This document shows positions 7,611 through 16,600 of a stretch of 64,000 nt of DNA, piece by piece. The stretch is from a virus. Under the pieces are notes generated by a model, which saw only the letters and a list, made by a program, of their open reading frames with translations, did not search any database and was not told where the DNA came from. How positions within the stretch are numbered: the stretch's first letter is position 1; each line of letters opens with the position of its first letter. The stretch covers positions 3,855-67,854 of IMG/VR virus record IMGVR_UViG_3300021405_000012; one strand, given 5' to 3'. Position numbers and translations under genes: made by a program.

Positions 7611-10600
7611 TCACTGCGCGGCGGCCTCTGCCTTCTCAGTCTCCGCCCGTTCGCCCTTCTCCAGCAAGTTCATGCGCTTCTGGCGAACCTCGCGATGCAG
7701 CTCCTCCATTGCTTTCTTGTCACCGTCGCGCTTCGCGGCCTCGTACACGCGCATGATTTCCGAGTAGCTGAAGCCGTGAACCGTATCCTGCAACGGAGTC
7801 AGCCGGGCGCGTTCCCGGAGCTGCTTTTCCTGGGTGAGCGTGATCTGGTGTTTGGCGCGGGCCTCGGATAGAGGCTTCGAATCGCCCTTGCGCAGTGCGT
7901 CGAGAATCTCCCGGCGCCGGCTGTAGACTTGCTGCTCTTCGGGATCAACTGCCTCAGTGCCGACTTTCGTCATGGCGATATCCGCGGCGACACGCTCGGC
8001 CGGAGTCTTCACGCTCTTCAGTCCCAACTGCTGTAGCCAGAATTTCTTTCTTTGCTCGGCGCTTGACCAGGCCCGTTCGGCTTGCCCGATCTGGCCCATT
8101 TCGCCGATGACGTAGTGGCCGAGTTCGTCGCGCTGCGTCGACCAGGTCGCGTGCGGATCGACAATGTTTCGCCCGGAATACGACTCGCGGTTGTTCAGCA
8201 GGTCCATGCCACCCTTGAGCAGCGGGCTCGGCATCAGCACGCGCTGGGCGGTGGCGCCGACCCCGGCTTCCCGGCGGGCCATCTTGTCGACGGCTTCCAT
8301 GAAGCCGACCAAGCCGAAACGCTTCACCGCCAGATGCGCATCGTGGCCGAGTTCTTTGGCTTTGTCGTCGAGCCAAGGCAGGATGCCGTACATCAGCAGT
8401 GCCAGCATGGCCCACTGCGACCAGGCAGTACCAACTTCGCCCGCTTTGGAGTTGTCGCCGGTGGGCTCTTTCAGTCCCAGCGCCGCCTTGCCCATTTCGA
8501 AGGGTGCTTTAAGCAGGTGGTAGTGCCAAGGGCCGAAGATGAACACTTTCGGGCTGCGGAAGGCCTTCGAGAGCATAGTGCTGTCGGCGATGCGTGTGGG
8601 CACGCGGTAGTCGGCCAATATGCGGACCGTGTCCGCCAGCGCATCCTCGAACGACATACCCTTTGCCTGCTTCTCATAGGCCGACTGCAACAGGAAGAAA
8701 TCGCTGGAATGCCACGCCACGAAGTTCGAGAGCGTCTTCAGCGGGCCCAGGATGTAGGCGTACTTGGCCTCCGTGAGTCCGATCGCGTCGGCGATGCGCA
8801 TGGCCCACGGTTCTTTCTTGCCCAATCCCTCGGCCAGCCGTTCGTAGAAGAGCTTGGTGACATCCTGCGTCAGTTCGCGGTGGGATTGCAGCGCGGCGCC
8901 GGCATCGAGCGCAGCCTTGAAATCGTCGTTCTTGGTGAGCACCGCATGCAGCGCTTTCGAGCTGGTGCGGTACATGCGCACGTAGTTGGTGGGGAAAAAC
9001 CCGTGCAGGCCTTTCTCGACCAGCCAGTCCATGCCGACGTTGCCGGCGTGCATGAGAGGGTTGAGCAACATCACTAGGCGCATGAATTTGCCGACCTGGT
9101 CGAGCACGTTCGCCTCTCCACCCTTCAGGCTGTCGGCGTAGCGATCAAGGACCTCGGACGTCCGGGGCTCGAAGTAGTAGCCATGGAACTGCGGGAGCTG
9201 CGTGGACTTCCAGCCCTTGGGCGGATTGCCGCTGCCTTTCCAGGCAATGTCTTTGAATTCCGGCGAGGCTTTCAGGCCTTCGATGAAGTGCATCGCATCG
9301 AGCGCCGATTCCAACTGGATATTGGAAACGAGCAGAGACGCCAGCGCCGAATGATAATATTCCATGTCGGTGTTGTCCTCGATCTCGCGCGTGGTCGCCT
9401 GTACCACCTTCCAGTCGTAGCCGTCCGGCCCTTCGACGATCTTGCCCTTATCGTAGAACGCGGAATTTGGCTGGCCTTCAGGGAAGGTCTCATTCTCTTC
9501 GTCGGTTCGGCCGTTTGCGTTCTTGATCTCCCCGAGTTCGGTGGGTTCGCCTTCCTGCCACATGGTCGCGTGGCCGCCTTTGATTGAGATGACGCGCCGG
9601 TCCCCGGAATCATTCTCGATGGCCATCATGGTGCGGGTCTTCGTCTGGGGCGCGGATTTCGAGAGGCCTTTCCCGCCCACACTGGTGCGAATCTTTTGCG
9701 CGATGCGATCGAGCGCGCCGCCTTTGCCCTTCACCGTGCGGTGGACGTAGTTCTCAAGGGGCACGCCGCCGGCCGTCAGTTCGGTGTAGGCCTTCTCGTT
9801 GCGCTCCGCGATCGGCAGCATGTCATCGAAGCGGTTCTCCTGGGCGTCGGTGAGTTCGTCGCTTTCCTGGTCCTCGAGGTGGTGGTAGATGGCTTCGTCA
9901 TCGGCCTTGGTCAGCCCGGCTTTCTTGGCTTCGAGGAAGGCATCGCGGGCGCGCAGTTTGCGGGCATCTTTGCGGGTTTCGAGGGTTTCGAGCTGGTGCT
10001 CGATGTCGCGGGCGATCTTGGTAGCGGCTTTGACGTCTGTCAAGTAAGACTTTACAGCGCCGGCGGCGTCGACGGCCGCTTCGCCGAGCTTCGAGAGGTT
10101 GGCTTCTCCCGACTCGCCGGTCAGCAGGTTCTCTGCCTTCGGTGCGGGTGCTTCCTTCGGTGCGAACGATTTCGCTTCTTCGGCCATGCTGGGAGAGGCG
10201 TAGAGCGTGGTTTTCTTCAGCAGCTCCTCGATGACCTGTGTCTCCTTCCCCTTGGGGATAGCCGCCCGCATCGTGTTCTGCTGCGAAACAAAATCGCCGG
10301 TTAGGTCGGTGATGCCGTGGTCCAGGAAGTACTTGCCGCCGCGCGCCTTGGCTCTCGGCGTTACGATCGCGAGCTTTCCGGCATCGTTGACCACGCGCAC
10401 GTTTCCATCGCGGCTGGCGATGCCCATGTCCTCGATGCGCGGGTTGACGGTCTTGCGCAGGAACTTCAGCGCGTGCGCGGCGTCCCGCAGCCGGTAATCG
10501 CCTTTGGTGTTCTTGCTGAAGTCGAACTTCTTAGGCAGCAGAATGCCCTGCTCAGTTGTGCCGTCGGCCTTGGTGAAGTTGATGATCGTGCCGCGCGTGT

Positions 10601-13600
10601 CGGTCAGTTCGCCATAGGCTGCCAGCAGATTGCCGGTGATGATCTTGGCAGTCTCGCGGGTCTCGGCTTTCGTGCCGCGGAAAATGTCCTCCGGTTTGTC
10701 ATAGAGTTTCCGTTCCTCGATGCGCTGCACCTGCGTGGCTGGAACGGCGAGTGTCCGCAGGGAGCCGTTCGTCGCCAACGTGACGTTGATTTTACTGAGA
10801 GCGAACGGATTGCCGGTGCCTTTGTGGGTGCTGCGGATATTGACAACGGCGGCGTTATAGAGATCGCCATTGATTTCGACGCGCCAGGTTGAGCCGATCT
10901 CGTGGTCGCGGATGAAGTCCCGCGCCGTGCGCGCAACGATTTCAGATTGCCCCACCGTGGGGCTCGCTGGGTCGAGGGTCTGTTTGTAGTACGTGAGCTC
11001 GCCGTCTAGTTTCTCGATCAGCTCTTTTGAGTGCGCGGATGGCGTCTTGCCGTCGAGGTGCTCTTTGATGCTGGCGGTGACTTCATCGGGAGCCAGCGGT
11101 TTGCCCTGAGATTTGATCGAGTACTCCCCGTAGGTTGCGGCTTCGCCAAAGGGTGAAGCGGGATTGGTCGCCGCCACCAGTTCGTAGCCGCGGGTTTCCT
11201 TGGCGTCGTAATCGAAGGTCTTCGGCTCGAGCTCGTTCTGGTTGGTTGAATCGAGGTAAGCGATATAGTCGTTGTACTGCTGCTCGACCTCGTTATAGAA
11301 CGCCTCTTGCACTTTGACCGGAAGGATCGCCAACCGCCCAGTTGCCTTGCGGGCGATGTCCTCAGTCGGGCTGCCGTCCTCGTTGAGCGGAGTGACGTGC
11401 AGCATGCTCGCGAGTTCCGCGTTGTCTCCGAGATAGTTTCCGACAATCTGATCGCCGTACTTGTTGAGCATGTCCGCGGCTTTTACCGAGGTCGCGGATT
11501 CTGTGTTGCTCGAAGTGTTCGCGTTCAGCGACTTCATTTTCTTCGACAGCAGGGCCGTCGGGCGCTTCTCTGCCGGCAGGTCGGCGTTGAGGATGGTGTA
11601 TCCGGGTAGCCGCACTTGGCCGGTGCGGTTGATTCGCCCCAGCATCTGCATGAAGATGTTGATGTCCTGCGCCGGCTGGGCAACGATCATATGGCGCGGC
11701 TTCTGGTCTTTGAACTTCTCGGAAGCGTGGGCGCTGATGCCCGTCGAGCCAGCCACATTCAGCAGAAGGGAATCCAGGCGGCCATCGTTGAACCGGCGAA
11801 TGGTCTCGACTTTATCGTTCTGCTCCTTCAGCGGGACGTGCGACAGCTTCGGCTGCTCTGGGTTGCTGTAGTCCACGGACAGATTGCGGCCGGTGATTTC
11901 AGCCACGGTGTAGCCCGCATCCTCGATGCGCTGGCGGATCCAGTCGATCGGTGACACCGGAAGATCAATCTTCAGCTTGTCGATGGTCTTCTGGGCGTCA
12001 TCATAGGCATGCCGGGTCACGGGATCCAGTTCGTCGAGGGGAACGTACTTCTTGGTTTTGTTGCCCATGGCGTCGGTGATCTGCAAGTACCGGCTGCGAT
12101 CAAGGGCGCGCGAGAGCACGTTGCGGTAGTCGAAGTCTTCAAGCCGATCTCCGGGCTGTAATCCCTTGTCGCCAACGTAGGCCGAGAGGAATGAACCCAT
12201 CGTGTTATCGACGGCAATGACTGGCTTTTCGCCGCGCTTGATTGACGCGATCGCATCATCGGCTGCGGTGTTGGCCTTGATGCCCAGCAGCATCTGGCGC
12301 ACGAAGTTGTGAACCACCGAGGAGAACTCGGTGTGGTGTACCGACTTGCCGGCCTCGTTTCCACCGCCAACGATTTTGTTGGCCTTGTTCTCTGCGACAG
12401 CCGCCTTCTGTGCCTCTCCGACGTAGGTCGTATGGAAGGACTTGTCGGCGTCCACGATCGCGCGCAGGGCGCTGGTGGCACCGTCGGCAATCTTGGTGTG
12501 TTCGGCCCGGTGCTCGGTATCCACCTTGGTCGCCATGCTGATGCCGTCGTAGGAACGCTCCCGGCGGAACATCTGGCCAGCCTTCACCAGATTGTTCGAG
12601 ACCACGGTTTGCAGGGGCAGGCCGCCGTCTTTCATGGCCTGCACCAGTGTGCCGCTGTCGCCGATGGCTTCGCCCATGTCCGTCTTGAAATAAAGCGGCA
12701 TGTTGTCGGGGCGCTTTGCGTAGGTGGCCGAGAGGTAGGTCACGCCTTTGGCGTCGGCCAGCAGGCCACGAAGGAAGTCGCCGGTGTTCGACGAACCGCC
12801 GGCGTTGTGGGATTCGTCCAGAACAAAGATCGCTTTCCGCGCCAGCGACATAAGCATTCCCTGCTGGGCGTTGTGCACATTGACCTGCGAGTAGGTCAGA
12901 AACACCGCGTTGCGGCCGGCGGGCAGCGTCCCAGTGTTGCGAATCTGCTCTATCAGCTTTCGATGATTGGGCTTGTTGGCGAAGGCGCGGCTGCCGTCCG
13001 GGCGCGTGATCCACTCGTCTGAATTCACAATGAAGGGATTCACGTCATCCGTTCCGATGTCCGAGAGATCGCCGTACATATCGGTGAACAGGGACGGCGC
13101 TTTGGTGATGAAGACGGGGATATCGCCTTTCTTGGCGGCCCAGCGGATGATGGCCGCAGCCTGGCGTCCTTTGCCGATGCCGGTCTGATCGGCAATGACG
13201 ATGGCTTTGCCCTGCTGGATTTCGTGGATAGCTGCGGCAACCGAGTCAACCTGCAACCCCATAAAAGCGTTGTGCAGGTCGTCGACCGAGGGATAGCCAA
13301 GTTCCTTCGCCACGTACTTGTCGAGGTTGCCGACTTCATCTTCGAGGACGTTCATCGCCTGCTCCAGAGGCGATTTCATGTTTACCGGGATCAGGACGTT
13401 GGCGTCTTTTTTCTCCGAGGCCGGGGTGTAGGGAGTTTGGAAGTCGTTCGACTTCGGACTTATTGCGCTAGGGCTTCCGTTATCTGGTCGAGAGTTGGCA
13501 ACTCGCTCGGGTCGAGACTCAGGCTTGTGCCCTTTTTCCAGTCGATCCGAGTGAGCAATGTCTGCATCTGGCCGCAGGCTAGGATCTGAGACGGCCACTC

Positions 13601-16600
13601 TTCCGTCTCGTCCTGCATTGCGATCTGATACAGGTCCGACAGATTCTCCGGATCGCTCGACAGCACCTGCTGCGCCTGCTCCGGGTCGTCCTCGATCAGT
13701 TTTCTCAGGCGCTGCTCCAGGAGTGTTTCGTACAGGCTGCGATTCATCGGCTGGCTGCCGCTGTAGGGAACTGTCAGCCCCTCGCTCCCGTGCAGGTCGG
13801 GGCTCGGCCGCCATGATTTCACTGAACTGCTCATACACCTGATCCCATGACTCTAGTCGTTGGATGCTTTCAACCGGAGGGGCGATTGCAGAAGATGTTT
13901 GCCTTCCGCCGATCGCGATAACCCGAACTGGCCACGCCGCACCCTGGCGCCCATAGAGTTTTCCCTCGATCTCGAAATGCCCACTCACATCATAGTGCGA
14001 ATAGAGCCAATTTAGGAAGATATTGTCATCGGTGCTTTGGCCGCCGGGGGTGAACTTGTTGGCTCCGAGGATCAGGGTAGCCTTCCCGTCGTCCTTCATG
14101 GCGTCAAGGGCTCGAGCTGCAATCAGGTGGTCGATCTGGCCGATCTTGTAGCCGTCTACACGTTCCTTCGTCGCTTTGCCCTGGGCGTCTTTCACCGAGC
14201 CGAACGGCGGGTTGGCCACAACCGCGTCGTATGCCTTACCCAGAGTGGCCTTATGTGCTGGGCTCCACGCCTCTGCGGCATCCCGTTGGGTGACTTCCTG
14301 GTATCCCTGCTTTTGCAGTGCAGCCATGCGCTCCGGGTTGAGCTCGTTCACCCGCGTCTTCTTGGGGTTCGCTGCGATGGTGAGCATGCCGTTGCCGGCA
14401 GTCGGCTCGTAGAGACTGCTGTTCTTATCGACTCCCGCCAATTTGTCCGCGAGGTAGGCCAGCGGCGCGGGTGTGCTGTAGGCCTGGTTCTCGATGCTGG
14501 TCGAGGTACGGATGTTCAGGTTTGGCTGGGAATTGTAGAGATCGACCAGTTTGTCGAAGGTCTCGCGTGTGTTCTCACCTGCGTCAACGATATCGCGCGC
14601 GCGCTGGACCACGGCAACTTCGAGTGCTTCCTGCGCCTGCTTCATTCGAGCCGGGTCCGCAGGCTTGCCGTCGAAGGCGTCTACGAGCTTTTTCAGCGCT
14701 GGGTTGTCTTTCGGCATTTCACCGGCGGCGATCTTCTCCAGCAGGTGTTCGGTGAGAGCGGCGGCGCCTTTGCTGGTTTTGCCTTTCTGGATGTCGGCCC
14801 AGCCGGGTTTCTTCGGCTCTTCTGCGTGCGGCCGCGCTTCGTAGCTGCCCTCCGGGGTGGGAACGATGTCGGCCTTCTTGACGGTGAATTTCGGCTTCTC
14901 CTCGCCTTTCTTAAGCCCATGCGTCACGAAGCTGGGCAGCACGTACTTGGCGGGCTTCTCTCCCGCGAGCTTGACCACCTCCTGCTTGCCCTGCCGATCG
15001 GTGATCGCGATTTCACTAACTGTGAACTGTTTACCCTTGGTCAACTCCATGCCGACGTGCCTCTCTGCTCGGTCGGGGCGGACGTAGGCTATAGTTGCGT
15101 GAGGTCGGTACTCGAAGTCGGGCTTTTTGAAATCGCCATGCTTCTCCAGTTCCCCATTGATCCGGTGCAACTCCGGCGCCTCAATCGGTGCGATGATGAC
15201 GGCGGCGCCGTCGCTGTGCTCGCTGGGCGGGAACTTGTCAGTTTTCCCGAGCGTAGCCTCGAACGGCGCGAGGCCTGCCAGATACTTCTTGACGCCTTCG
15301 ACGTCGTCGCCCTTGATCCCGTAGCGTACCGTTACATGATTTCCGCCCTCTCCGATATCTTTGCCGTCTCCAGCGAGGTCCGCTTTCGAGATGCGGGCCC
15401 GAGCGGCTTCTAGAGCTTTGGCAGCTTCGCTCTCTTTGGGAATGTTGGCCTGGGTTGATCCGAATTTGTAGAGCGTCTCAGGTTTGTCGGCTTCACCGCG
15501 GTAAAGTCGGACTGTTCCTGCCCCCCGCGGTACTGCCGGCTTCTCCGCCCGCACCTTCTGCCCAACGTCCGGGCCCGTCTCAATCGAGTGATCGAAGCCG
15601 TGCTGCGTGATGTTCCGCTTTGCCGGGAAGACGGCACCTTTGGCTGGCTCGGAACTTCCGCCCTTGAGGCCCATGCTCTTGGTGACGATCCCGCCCGGCT
15701 CCGGCTTTTCTCCCAACTCCATTTCGAGGTTGGTCGAGTGCGTCACCACCAGTGGCCGCTTGCCTGCCTTCGCCATGCCCTCGATTTCGGCGAGCGCTTC
15801 GTCCTGGCGCTCCTTGGCCTGGTTATAGGATTCCCCGCCTTTCGGCACTTCGTCAGGATGGGCTTTGTAGTGATCCCGGATGTGCTGGATGTCGGAAACC
15901 TGCTTGCCTTCGGTTTCCGGCATACGCTGCGGCCGCAACCGTTCGTCGGCTTCGACGGGTACGCCCAGAGCTTTGCCGACAATGTCGGCGGTCTCTTTCG
16001 CGCGCGGCAAGTCTGATGTCACGATGGCAGTGGGTGGATTCCCTTTCAGGTCCGCCGCCATCTTCTGGGCAGCGGCTTTGCCACGCTCATCAAGACTCTC
16101 ATCCGACCAACCCGCGACAGTTTCTCTTCCTCCGGCTTGGTCGAGTTTGGTGGCGCCATGACGCCCGAATATGATCTCTCCGGCCTTGATGTCAGTCTTG
16201 GCGGTTTGCTCAACTTGCTTCTCGCCGGCGGCGGAGAGTGTCGCGTGGTGACGCTTGGGGATGGTGGTAGTCGATTTCGGCTCGGACATCCAGGGCAGCT
16301 GGGTAGGCTCGTCGAATTTCACCCGCACCGTGCGCAGCCCGCCGATCAGGCCATCGTGCTTGATTTCGGCTTCGGTGTTGCCGGCGGCGCCGATTTGGAT
16401 CCGGCTGCCCTTTGCGAAGCTTCCAGCAACTCCTTGGCCCGGGGCAGCAGCTCCAGATACTTCTCCGCCACCTGTTCGAGTGTCAATGTTTCGCTCAGGC
16501 AGGTTGGTTCCGGCAGCGGCGGCGGTGGATCCGGCAGCAGCAGTCGAAACGTCCTCGCGCTGATTAGCTCGATCGTGCTCGTCTGCTGCGAGTACCGCTG

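Noticed and set aside
15410-15637. Other alternate-frame ORFs within the giant gene (15410-15637, 16688-16969 and similar)
   Set aside because: R/S/P-rich off-frame composition, no SD and no clear codon-usage flip
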